Under the pieces are notes generated by a model. It had not been told where the DNA came from and did no database searches. It saw only the letters and a program-made list of their open reading frames with translations. Shown piece by piece: positions 56,501 through 64,000 of a stretch of 64,000 nt of DNA. Position numbers and translations under genes: made by a program. Each line of letters opens with the position of its first letter. Position 1 is the stretch's first letter. The DNA comes from a virus, in the IMG/VR virus record IMGVR_UViG_3300039008_000175, positions 1 to 64,000 of that record; one strand, given 5' to 3'.

Positions 56501-56717
56501 CAGGCTCAATCCAGTTCACAGCCAGGTACTCTACTCCGTAGCGAAGAAAAACATACCGAAGATGAGAGTCTATCAGGGTATCGCTAATATACTTGGTGTA
56601 GTCATATTTGAATACCTTTCTGATAGCGGAAGTAACCAAACTTTTAGGTACTCCCATTATCTTATCATCATCTGTTTCCTTCAAGGAGTCTTTATACCAA
56701 TTCATAAGTATATTCAT
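53568..56717 (-). CDS. large membrane-associated M48-type zinc metalloprotease domain protein (1049 aa)
   Basis: HExxH at ILLHEIGHQFEF, followed by hydrophobic segments, then RQKEYESDSMATAYGYGADVQMALVKM. This resembles the E...(A)D third-ligand helix of HtpX/Ste24-type peptidases. Confidence 0.7.
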   Translation of the reverse strand: MNILMNWYKDSLKETDDDKIMGVPKSLVTSAIRKVFKYDYTKYISDTLIDSHLRYVFLRYGVEYLAVNWIEPESRRSFILTEVSTERELGYWLITRFLGEQINITDVTPNVHQFIDRSDKRGYMLNIYSKKEDGKEFMQLVATESFNAARSTNVFSPVHVKVGNSSVQSLFRMCIVNHLRYIAGMLSPDWIGDNRNVANAMKYNNQFGRDAFDPMRTFYLFFFGVNGFMARQTFNPESPEDYVLAVKDGFIAYVKEVVGPNYARMISTYKDEIISSNNTIKEAVNGTDVIVKDQECAKYSFDTDFKLEDAYIESLFYGRDIYSAFEVPFIVAAKNRMPNEESEEFFNLTTETFKSMATHRFNNLYSKLSKENKLLMQNVERQLFPFSDIRWVNKQFQTLQPKTLVSFFYALATKGTDLNFKNPESKTPPSVPMMEDVLGYDLLSMATAELTEAELECYEIISGENSDLEATYTLLNKDAPAVSIFSKLNIVNDSRVDLDMVKLIHDLREEWLSSNGVKASAVSLSDGQITIRKKLEKLITKIFNFKNTDIDMTQADLNAATIAFAMFIENDYYTPEEIKAGVWSIDKKGIRFKKGKLPAYILLNRGLLVNSLITDRECVGILLHEIGHQFEFYSDWGMYDETRKRYKLANKLAFWHATICLAPALMAYVINPLMVPGLIPFAMISLGDIMASYINLLALQLNMIDMKNPDKVIKELRKVREEYEKKARELYDQENELAGAVAFGRVVWVVFTFLIGVEYLFLFIKSPLISWGNMITQFITPYKASDFWHGRLSGKLHRQKEYESDSMATAYGYGADVQMALVKMRGQKYDQYNMIQKIMTSVPIINILFQFSNDVYNVITMLIQGGASHPGVNKRIDATIDRLTRMKGDAKLTPDIEAKLDADIAELERIKKLNGYMNPYLQYIGAPIPAEAKKIRDHYAEQAAPLGMIIDNDVKTKKKKRRKKATNKSVAEDVLKVYKDLKKRKGNFMNIGADKLFDDDGRIEVDSAITGFFNSLPVEGWKKFGKHLGYDTKIAKLEKFIRDAADKVR

Positions 56718-56822
56718 ATTATTACTCCGATTGTGATTTTAAAGTTGTCTAGTGCCCACCTATATAATATACAAATATACCGGCAATATATTTAAAAGAA
56801 ATAATCGAACGAGTGTTATACT

Positions 56823-56842
56823 TATATATTAATAACGTGAAT
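56823..56842 (+). promoter_or_regulatory. class-1 promoter-like motif TATATATTAATA-ac-GTGAAT
   Basis: Upstream of the gene starting at 56859. It shares TGTTATAC upstream and GTGAATAG downstream with the 5558 copy. Confidence 0.5.
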
Positions 56843-56858
56843 AGGAGGTTTGATTAGC

Positions 56859-58511
56859 ATGCAATCATACAATTCTAGAAAGGTCTCGACCATGCACCAG
56901 ATTATCAAAGGCCAGTGGGGATTCTATCCTTACGACAATGCTAATTTTGGTATGCAGGTTAACGGTAAAAGACTTGGCTTCAATGAAGATGTCAATACCA
57001 GAGACGAACTCAACAGACCCGTACAGTTCACCGTGAAATGTCTTAACTGTAACAAATCGTTCAGTGAGACTTTCGAGGGACTGAAATCTTCACGGGAACA
57101 ATCTGGTGTCTACTGTCCGCATTGCTACGGAACGTACGATCCCAGTCGCCTTATCAAGTTGATGTCTCCCACGCCGGTGAGGCCGCTTGAGGAAACCATT
57201 CTCAAGAAGAGAATGAATGATCATAACTATGATCTTGTTGCGGTTAGCCAGAACAAAGGCAACGGCACAGATGGTCTTATTACTGTAGCATGTAAGGCAT
57301 GTGGTGGTAAGATCATAGGTCATTACAATATGATCGAACAGCAGGAAGAGTGCCCTCACTGCAAGATTCTCAAAGAGGATCCTGACATGAACGGCAATCC
57401 CCCTGCATTTGTTGCATATGCGAGAATCCTTGAACGCTGCGGCTTCAAGAATCGTGTACGCTTCAAATACACCAAGGCTCAGATTGAGACGTTCAAGTCT
57501 CTTCATGCGCCTGCTGAGCACATGTGCCGTCATACGGCAGGTCATACGGTGCTGGTTAGCCCCATTGACATCATCAACTCTCTGGCTGAGAGATTTGACG
57601 GATTTGCATTCGATGATCGTGAGATCTATGTCGGATGTACATGTGAGAAGCCCGCATCCAAGAACCTCATCAATACTCTCAGTAAAGAAGAGATTATTAG
57701 CGATGCAGTAGTCGACGTGGTGGACGAGGATAATCCCGAAGAGTTCGCAGATGATCTGGACGTCATCTACGAGGATAAACTCCCCGAGACTACAGAAGAA
57801 GAACCCATGGGAGAACCCGTGGAAACTTCTGACCCGGAACCTGAAGTAGCTGAAACTGTAGAAACAGAGGAGGTAACGGAAGATGATGACTCACGAGATG
57901 AGACCGGAGGTGACACCGGTATCGATGCTGATAGCTCAGAACGGGTGGACGCACCGATCGAAGAGGAAGGGGAGGACGAAGCAAGGTCCATCCTTGATAT
58001 CGAAGATGATGATGAAGATTTCGATTCTGATGAAGAATCAGAAGATCTATCAGACCTCGTCGACGATCTCGACTCCGAAGAAGAAGAGAATGAGGATGAC
58101 GAATCCTCTGATCTTGACGTTCCTGATTCTGACGATGAAGTACGGGACGAAACTGAAACTGTCGACGATGAGCTTCCGGTTGAAGAACTGGATGAACTCG
58201 GAGGAGACAATCCCTCTGACATCGAGCCTGATGCCAGAGAACAAAGCGTTAGCGATTCTGATCTCGTATCAGATGATGATGGATCCGACGACGATGGATG
58301 GGATTGGGACGAGTGTGTTGACACAGTTGCCGACCCTGTCGATGTTGTTAATGAGCCTGAGAGCTCTGAAGAAGGACAGGTTCAGGATGAGCCTGTAGAC
58401 GACGATTCGTTTGTCGATGAATCCACTATCAACGAGACTCCTCCTACCGAGGACAAGGCAGCGGCTGAAGAAGAAATCATTGAAGATGATGATTTCGATT
58501 TCCCCTGCTGA
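56859..58511 (+). CDS. zinc-ribbon protein with ~265-aa polyacidic C-terminal tail
   Basis: ORF track gives 56850. The ATG at 56859 follows AGGAGG. CxxC pairs CLNCNKSF...CPHCYG and CKACGGK...CPHCK. The tail from DEDNPEEFADD to the end is dominated by D/E/S. Confidence 0.7.
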   Translation: MQSYNSRKVSTMHQIIKGQWGFYPYDNANFGMQVNGKRLGFNEDVNTRDELNRPVQFTVKCLNCNKSFSETFEGLKSSREQSGVYCPHCYGTYDPSRLIKLMSPTPVRPLEETILKKRMNDHNYDLVAVSQNKGNGTDGLITVACKACGGKIIGHYNMIEQQEECPHCKILKEDPDMNGNPPAFVAYARILERCGFKNRVRFKYTKAQIETFKSLHAPAEHMCRHTAGHTVLVSPIDIINSLAERFDGFAFDDREIYVGCTCEKPASKNLINTLSKEEIISDAVVDVVDEDNPEEFADDLDVIYEDKLPETTEEEPMGEPVETSDPEPEVAETVETEEVTEDDDSRDETGGDTGIDADSSERVDAPIEEEGEDEARSILDIEDDDEDFDSDEESEDLSDLVDDLDSEEEENEDDESSDLDVPDSDDEVRDETETVDDELPVEELDELGGDNPSDIEPDAREQSVSDSDLVSDDDGSDDDGWDWDECVDTVADPVDVVNEPESSEEGQVQDEPVDDDSFVDESTINETPPTEDKAAAEEEIIEDDDFDFPC

Positions 58512-58549
58512 TCTTAACCTGTAATAAATAATCAACTTGACTGTTTGAT

Positions 58550-58569
58550 TATATATTATTATCGTGACA
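58550..58569 (+). promoter_or_regulatory. class-1 promoter-like motif TATATATTATTA-tc-GTGACA
   Basis: About 150 nt upstream of the gene at 58709, implying a long leader. Confidence 0.4.
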
Positions 58570-58602
58570 AGTAATAAAATATTATTACTGGGTCGAATAC
58601 TA

Positions 58603-58630
58603 TATGTTATATGTTATATGTTATTATGTG
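58603..58630 (+). repeat. heptamer tandem repeat (TATGTTA x3 plus one degenerate unit) in the 5' leader
   Basis: tatgtta tatgtta tatgtta ttatgtg. Preceded by the hairpin gtaataa-aata-ttattac at 58571-58588. Confidence 0.7.
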
Positions 58631-58708
58631 CGTATCTCTTTAATAAAGCTTGGGGTAAGCTAACACGAGAGAACAAGAAAATTCACGACAAAGAAATAGG
58701 AGTAATTA

Positions 58709-60436
58709 ATGTACAACAATTACGCACAGAACGGAATGAACGGCGGCTACAACAACGGGGGAATGAACTATGCTCCTCAGGGTGGAATGATGGGTGGAAA
58801 CAATCCCTATCAGCCCGGTATGCAGCAGGGTAATCCCGGCATGATGCAGGGCGGTGCCTATATGCAGCAGCAGCCCATGGCTCCCGCAGTCAGAACATTC
58901 CGCGAGCTGGATGAAGAGATTCGTCTGGCATATTCCGATATCAGCGCTATCGTTGACAAAGTCAGCAAGCAGTATGATATCCCCATGAGAGTGGAACTGG
59001 ATCCTCTCTGTGGCCTGCACTATGTGCTGGTGGAAACCGAAGGTAACGACAGGCTGACCATCCCCGCTGAGTTCGCTATGAGACAGCAGATGGCTCCCGC
59101 CAACGATCCCGACTTCTTCTATGAGGCCAGGATCTATCTCGTGACCAAAGACATCTACTCGAAGACCATCCAGACCGGCGTCAACGCCATCTCCATCTTC
59201 GACCAGATCATCCGCGAACGGCAGGGCCGGGCAATGTTCATCACGCCCGGTATGATGGCCGGAAGCAACACCGCACTCGCTATCTCTCTGATCAGAGCCC
59301 TGAAGGTTCTGTATCCCGATCTTTTCGAATACTTCAACGTGATGGATATTCCCCATTACGTCGTCAACGCCAGCTACGGCGGTGAAGGCGGAGTAGAGGC
59401 AAACGGAGATGAAATCCGTGCCGACTTCGAAGCATTCGCAGAATCCAACTACGTCGGTATGGACATCGCTCCCGTTGCCGACCGCGTCTTCCTCCTGAGA
59501 GGAAACGTAAACGGTCAGAACAATGGCTGGTATCAGCAGGGAGGTGTTAACACCGAAGAGACCCTGGCCGCCATGACTATCTCCGTGAAGAGCGAGGACA
59601 TCGAACAGGCTGGCCGGACCATTCCCAAGTACGACATCATCGTGACGTCCTACATGGAGTGTATCTCCGCCAACTTCCCCGATGCCTTCGAGATTCTCCT
59701 CCTGGAGATGACCAGAACCATGGCCGCTGAAGGAGCTATTATCGGTACCATTCACGTTGCCGTTAACTCCTGTATCCCCCATGAGTCACAGTTCATGTAT
59801 GACCCCACCTACCTCCTGAACAACGGTATGGGCGGTCAGGCACCCTGTGCTCTGGATGCTCGTTTCACCTACAACAACAACGAGTATTACTACATCCCCT
59901 CCCTGGATCAGGCATTCTCCGTCGACAGCCTTCTCGGTAAGGACACCCTCAAGGTGATCTTCACCAGCAAGAAGGACAAAGCCGACATCGAGAACCTCGC
60001 TTCCAAAGCCGATCTGGATGCCTTCCTGGTAGCCAGAAAGTGTCGGAAGTTCCAGGGACCCCCCAGTGTCGTGGCAGCGGTTAACCCCGCCTTCATCGGC
60101 ATGGCTCTCAACATTCAGATCGCTGGCGGACAGATGGGAATGAATCCCTACGCCATGGGTCAGAATACCATCGGTTACGGCCAGCCCCAGATGGGAGGCT
60201 ACGGTGGCCAGCAGCCCATGGGCGGTGCATATGGCGGGCAGCAGCCCGGCTACGGAGCACAGCCCCAGATGGGTTATGGTCAGCAGCAGCAGCCCATGAT
60301 GGGACAGGCTCAGCCCATGGGTGGTCAGTATATGCAGCAGCCCGGTATGGGCGGAAGCTACTACAACAACGGTCAGCAGATGGCCGGTGGTGCTTACGCT
60401 ATGCCCGGTCAGCAGCCCATGCAGTACCAGTATTAA
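58709..60436 (+). CDS. abundant-looking protein with prion-like Q/G/M/P/Y/N tails at both ends (575 aa); nuclear-shell (chimallin) candidate by position only
   Basis: C-ending codon bias, TAGGAG RBS and a strong terminator. N-tail ~58 aa MYNNYAQNGMNGGYNNGGMNYAPQGG...; C-tail ~105 aa ...GGYGGQQPMGGAYGGQQPGYGAQPQMGYGQQQQP...QPMQYQY. Immediately upstream of the beta-prime N fragment. Confidence 0.7.
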   Translation: MYNNYAQNGMNGGYNNGGMNYAPQGGMMGGNNPYQPGMQQGNPGMMQGGAYMQQQPMAPAVRTFRELDEEIRLAYSDISAIVDKVSKQYDIPMRVELDPLCGLHYVLVETEGNDRLTIPAEFAMRQQMAPANDPDFFYEARIYLVTKDIYSKTIQTGVNAISIFDQIIRERQGRAMFITPGMMAGSNTALAISLIRALKVLYPDLFEYFNVMDIPHYVVNASYGGEGGVEANGDEIRADFEAFAESNYVGMDIAPVADRVFLLRGNVNGQNNGWYQQGGVNTEETLAAMTISVKSEDIEQAGRTIPKYDIIVTSYMECISANFPDAFEILLLEMTRTMAAEGAIIGTIHVAVNSCIPHESQFMYDPTYLLNNGMGGQAPCALDARFTYNNNEYYYIPSLDQAFSVDSLLGKDTLKVIFTSKKDKADIENLASKADLDAFLVARKCRKFQGPPSVVAAVNPAFIGMALNIQIAGGQMGMNPYAMGQNTIGYGQPQMGGYGGQQPMGGAYGGQQPGYGAQPQMGYGQQQQPMMGQAQPMGGQYMQQPGMGGSYYNNGQQMAGGAYAMPGQQPMQYQY

Positions 60437-60505
60437 ATCTTACGGGCCCGCCGCGATGCTTGTCGGTGGGTTCGTGAGTAGGGGCATTGCCTCTTCAAGT
60501 TTAGT

Positions 60506-60540
60506 CGCCCGGAGTTAATTCTCCGGGCGGTTTTTATTTT
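60506..60540 (+). terminator. intrinsic terminator
   Basis: cgcccggag-ttaatt-ctccgggcg followed by GTTTTTATTTT. Confidence 0.85.
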
Positions 60541-60560
60541 TCCCAAAAGGACGGTCACTA

Positions 60561-62141
60561 GTGTCAAAAGCACCAAACAAGATCCATCCCGGTCAAGTTG
60601 ATCGGCTTAACCGCAAGACTGTAGTAATTGACCATGAGAATTGGGATCACCTGTTTGCATTGGAAAAGAATCCAATCATCATTGATAACATTAAGCCTCT
60701 GGAGAAGAAGAGTAAGACTGAAGTGGTCAGAACTCGTGGTGGTATCCTATCGCCCAGCTTCGGAGTAGATATCAAGGAGAATGAAGACTCCTCGACTGTC
60801 TATAAATGTGAATGTGGTGAGCTGGGTACCATTGCAAACGACGGGGTGATATGTGAGACTTGTGGTAAACCTGTTCGCTTAGGCGACGGGCTTATTACAA
60901 CTCGTGGTTGGATACAGGTAGCTGGTCCGAACAAGATTCTCACACCCAATGCTTGGGCTATGTGTAAAGACTTCTTCAAGCGTCACTTCTTGAAGATAAT
61001 CGATCTTGATATGAGTACTCATGTTAATATCGATGGTGAGTTTATTCCACCTGAAGTCACACCTGCCAACAAGTATTATGGTATTGGTTATTGGGCGTTG
61101 CATGAGAACTTCAAAGAGATCCTGGAGTTCTATTTCAACTTCATCTACTGTAAGAAAGGATCACCCAGAGAGCAGGATGTAACAACCTACAATCTCCTGC
61201 GCTATTTCTATGATAGTGGAAAGCTGTATGCCAGTAACATCAGTGTGATAACTCCTCTGCTTAGAGAGGCGGTGATCATTCCCAGTAACAGAGAGCCCAG
61301 TCTGAAATACGATAAGAAGTCCAAGACTTATATCATTGAAGATCAGAAGCCGACTCTGAAGCTGGAAGCTCTAAATGGTGTATATGCTAAATTGGTTGCA
61401 AATGTAAATGAGTATAACAAGCTCCTGAATGAAGGACCTGCGTTTGCTTATGATGTGTTTGCAAGTGTCCAAACTACCCTTACTGAGATCCCTGCCTACA
61501 TCTTTAAGGATGGAGTGGTTGGGGGTAAAGAAGGGTATATTAACTCAGCCATCCATGGTGGTATGATGAACTTCACAGGCCGTGCAGTAATCGTACCTAT
61601 GGATAGACCTCATGAATGTGATGAGGTTGAATTGCCCTGGAGAGTCTTCCTCAGATTGATGAAGTATGAACTCGTCAGAGCAATCAGTCTTATTACAGGT
61701 GAAGATATTCTCGGTTCTCAGAGTATATGGGAAGAAGCTTATGAAACCGGCAGTACGGATATTCTCGAACAGGCCATCTCGAAGGTCAAAAGTGAAAGTC
61801 ACGATGGAGAACTATACTGTCTGATTAACCGACCCCCAACTCTTTTAATCGGATCTATCCTTTTCATGAGGATAACATCAATCAATCGTTCATTGGACGA
61901 GAAGTGTATGAGAGTTTCTCATATGGTTCTCGGTATCATGAACGGGGATCATGATGGTGACTCGCTCATCATTATGCAACCGAAAACCGCCTCACAACTT
62001 GAAGCCTTCAAGAAGATCTCTCCCAAGAGATTGATTGTGGATAAAGTTACTGGCAGGTTCAACTCATCGTACGCCCCAGCGGGGCCATTACAGGCACTGA
62101 TCGGTCTCTATTCCGATCCTGACTCTGTATCACATCTTTAA
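60561..62141 (+). CDS. multisubunit RNA polymerase beta-prime-like N-terminal half (catalytic DxDGD)
   Basis: Zinc finger YKCECGELG-x9-CETCG. INRPPTLLIGS (cf. NRAPTLHR). IMNGDHDGDSLII (cf. NADFDGD). GTG start. Confidence 0.85.
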   Translation: MSKAPNKIHPGQVDRLNRKTVVIDHENWDHLFALEKNPIIIDNIKPLEKKSKTEVVRTRGGILSPSFGVDIKENEDSSTVYKCECGELGTIANDGVICETCGKPVRLGDGLITTRGWIQVAGPNKILTPNAWAMCKDFFKRHFLKIIDLDMSTHVNIDGEFIPPEVTPANKYYGIGYWALHENFKEILEFYFNFIYCKKGSPREQDVTTYNLLRYFYDSGKLYASNISVITPLLREAVIIPSNREPSLKYDKKSKTYIIEDQKPTLKLEALNGVYAKLVANVNEYNKLLNEGPAFAYDVFASVQTTLTEIPAYIFKDGVVGGKEGYINSAIHGGMMNFTGRAVIVPMDRPHECDEVELPWRVFLRLMKYELVRAISLITGEDILGSQSIWEEAYETGSTDILEQAISKVKSESHDGELYCLINRPPTLLIGSILFMRITSINRSLDEKCMRVSHMVLGIMNGDHDGDSLIIMQPKTASQLEAFKKISPKRLIVDKVTGRFNSSYAPAGPLQALIGLYSDPDSVSHL

Positions 62142-62177
62142 ATCATAGGGCACTTATGTGCCCGGAGGAATGAAGCA

Positions 62178-63434
62178 ATGAAACGTATCAATACCTTGAA
62201 ATTCGCTACCGGTCTCACCCTGGAATCCAAAGGATTCGGATGCCCCAACTTTATCGAAGCCCTCGGCGGGGAAGAAAACATCCTGGAGATGGACGCCGCC
62301 GGTCTGTATCCCAAAGTTCACAGCCTTGATCTGGTCAAGAAGAAGATGCTGAAGAAAGCCAACATCACAATCACCAAGTCCAAGGGAGTCGCCACGCTGG
62401 CCTTCGGAGATGACCCCGGTTTCGGGTTCACCCTTCCCTTCACCAAGATCTACAACGGATATTCGGTAAGAGCTCTCTCCACCGGAGCATCTGCTACCCT
62501 CAAGGGTACCACCTCTGTATGTGAGCTGGAAATGATCGGATTCAGCCCCATGGGCCTTCCCTTGGTGAACATCCGCTGGTGGCACATCGGCCGGGATCAG
62601 AAAGGTAAGATCCAGACAAGAGTGAGAGTTGACAGAAACGTTCCCCTGAGCAACGGCGCGGAAGCAATCGACGTTATCCGCAGCGCCTCCAGGGTTGAAG
62701 GTGAAGGATTCTGGGTACTTCCCGTTCATGGCGTTGAGATCGCCAAGGGCCGGAAGAAGAGAAGCGCAAAGCGTTGGGACGTGGTCGCGGCATGTAAAGA
62801 TCCCGCAGCTTTCGAGAGATTCTATCCCGACAGCGTAGACGGTATCATGAGCCTGCTGCCCATCCTCCAGAGAAAGGTAGATCAGCTTCTGGATAAGGTC
62901 TGGAAGATGGACAAGTCCTCCAACGCTATCCTGGTTCGGTTACAGACTCAGAGTTTCAAGACTCGCTGGGCGGATGATGTTCCTCCCATGTACAATGATA
63001 AAGGAATGACCATCTTCCCCCTCGGAGATGAAACAGTCCCCGTTGAAGACCTGACTCCCACAACCGCCGCCGTGGACGAAGCTCCCTTTGAGGGAGAAGA
63101 AGGAAACGCAACCATCGGAGAGATGGTAGGCGAAGAAGGATTCGAAGGCGACATCGTTGAAGATGCTGGCGTCCCGGATGAGATGGAGCACATGGAAGAG
63201 GAAGAGCGTGATGCCGAACTCGACCTGGAAGTAGGCCCCGAAGAAGAAGAAGGAGAAGCGGATGCTGAAACCGTTGAAGAAGAAGTACCCACTGCGGATC
63301 CCGCTGCGGTATCTACTGTCGACCTGGAAGAGCACATCGCGGAAGCCCAGGAAGCCGACGGAAACGCCGAAGCTGGAACGGAAGACGTGTGCCCTGCTCT
63401 GGACGAAATCGCAGCGATCGGAAACGAAGCGTAA
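62178..63434 (+). CDS. hypothetical protein with acidic C-terminal third (418 aa)
   Basis: GGAGG RBS and C-ending codon bias. C-terminal ~130 aa rich in E/D/A/G. Confidence 0.7.
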   Translation: MKRINTLKFATGLTLESKGFGCPNFIEALGGEENILEMDAAGLYPKVHSLDLVKKKMLKKANITITKSKGVATLAFGDDPGFGFTLPFTKIYNGYSVRALSTGASATLKGTTSVCELEMIGFSPMGLPLVNIRWWHIGRDQKGKIQTRVRVDRNVPLSNGAEAIDVIRSASRVEGEGFWVLPVHGVEIAKGRKKRSAKRWDVVAACKDPAAFERFYPDSVDGIMSLLPILQRKVDQLLDKVWKMDKSSNAILVRLQTQSFKTRWADDVPPMYNDKGMTIFPLGDETVPVEDLTPTTAAVDEAPFEGEEGNATIGEMVGEEGFEGDIVEDAGVPDEMEHMEEEERDAELDLEVGPEEEEGEADAETVEEEVPTADPAAVSTVDLEEHIAEAQEADGNAEAGTEDVCPALDEIAAIGNEA

Positions 63435-63494
63435 GAATCGACTCAGAGATATACTTCAGTAGAAGTTGAGACACCAAAGAAACAGGAGTAGATC

Positions 63495-63650
63495 ATGTTC
63501 TATATTGGATTTCATCGTAAGCACACTAAGAATGTGCTGAATCATCGTAAACTCAGTTGGGAGACCATCGAGGAACGTCACAAGGCCATTCAGAAGGCTA
63601 AGCAGACTCTCCATGCTGTTAAGCCCAAGAAGAAGTCTGCTAACAAGTAG
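63495..63650 (+). CDS. possible small basic protein (51 aa)
   Basis: Not in the ORF track. ATG 6 nt after CAGGAG; MFYIGFHRKHTKNVLNHRKLSWETIEERHKAIQKAKQTLHAVKPKKKSANK. A strong terminator follows. Preferred over the antisense 68-aa ORF. Confidence 0.45.
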   Translation: MFYIGFHRKHTKNVLNHRKLSWETIEERHKAIQKAKQTLHAVKPKKKSANK

Positions 63651-63677
63651 ACTCGGTATCATTTAATTAAGCATAAG

Positions 63678-63708
63678 AGGGAGCCCAATTCGGGCTCCCT
63701 TCTTTTTT
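63678..63708 (+). terminator. intrinsic terminator
   Basis: agggagccc-aattc-gggctccct followed by TCTTTTTT. Confidence 0.85.
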
Positions 63709-63733
63709 CGATCATATATAAAAGGAGTTTATC

Positions 63734-64000
63734 ATGGCAGAGATACTACTCAGAGTACCTGGGAAGGATGACTATGATGCACTGGTCGGAATGGTTAAAA
63801 GACAGATTCGTCATCAGTTGGCATTAGAGCGCGATATGGTTGGTAGAACTCATGATCACATGTTCAGTGAGAACTATGATATCAAACGAGATATCATTCG
63901 TAATAAAGATTACTACCGGTTAATTCTTGATAAGAAGACTGAGAAGATTGTCGGGTATATCTGGTATGATATCAGAAAGTATTCACAGCCTGTTCTGTAT
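63734..64000 (+). CDS. hypothetical protein, N-terminal 89 codons (runs off the right edge)
   Basis: ATG 6 nt after AAAGGAG, open to the window end. ...YYRLILDKKTEKIVGYIWYD is vaguely GNAT-like but not callable. Confidence 0.5.
   Translation, partial: MAEILLRVPGKDDYDALVGMVKRQIRHQLALERDMVGRTHDHMFSENYDIKRDIIRNKDYYRLILDKKTEKIVGYIWYDIRKYSQPVLY

Noticed and set aside
58603-58630. Short tandem repeats, and the D/S-coding repeats at about 24930-25110, as possible CRISPR or mobile-element signatures
   Set aside because: Neither has repeat-spacer architecture: one is a 7-nt microsatellite in a leader and the other is in-frame low-complexity coding sequence. No cas, integrase or transposase genes were seen.
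58564-58833. 89-aa plus-strand ORF spanning the leader and the start of the 58709 gene
   Set aside because: It has a GTG start without RBS, runs through the AT-rich leader repeats, and overlaps the well-supported 58709 frame out of frame.
58706-59782. 358-aa minus-strand ORF antisense to the prion-tailed protein gene, plus similar antisense ORFs at 9412..10125, 34384..35049, 35098..35877 and 62154..62729
   Set aside because: All of them lie opposite codon-biased genes, which lack stop codons on the antisense strand by composition. None has a start context.
63456-63662. 68-aa minus-strand ORF
   Set aside because: The plus-strand 51-aa ORF (63495-63650) has a CAGGAG RBS, matches the orientation of its neighbours and is followed by a plus-strand terminator. 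The minus ORF has none of these.

Overview
The window reads as a contiguous, densely coded piece of a large (jumbo-type) tailed-phage genome. It has about 50 CDS with Shine-Dalgarno-type ribosome sites and the standard genetic code. I saw no rRNA, tRNA, CRISPR array, integrase or transposase. From motifs alone I recognise fragments of two split multisubunit RNA polymerases: a beta N-half, a beta-prime N-half with NGDHDGD, and two beta-prime bridge-helix/zinc fragments. I also recognise an SF2 DExH helicase, a Rad50/SbcC-like ATPase with a central CxxC hook, and a zinc-finger/TOPRIM primase-like protein. The head module holds a T4 gp21-like prohead protease, an acidic scaffold-like protein, a major capsid candidate, a portal candidate and the large terminase. 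A 1049-aa membrane M48-type metalloprotease is also present; most other genes are unassignable. Points worth a second look: (1) a tandem array of five paralogous proteins that share a [DE]-[LM]-E-G motif with the capsid protein, an acidic/basic protein and the protease itself; (2) a highly expressed-looking protein with prion-like Q/G/M/P/Y tails sitting in the chimallin position next to the beta-prime N fragment, plus two more low-complexity (Q/G/P/M and RGG) proteins; (3) two ~600-nt gene-free regions with structured, GC-richer cores, one beside an orphan 150-aa ORF; (4) two distinct conserved upstream motif classes that track two sharply different codon-usage classes; (5) many polyacidic proteins or tails. 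All functional calls rest on motifs and context read by eye; no searches were run.
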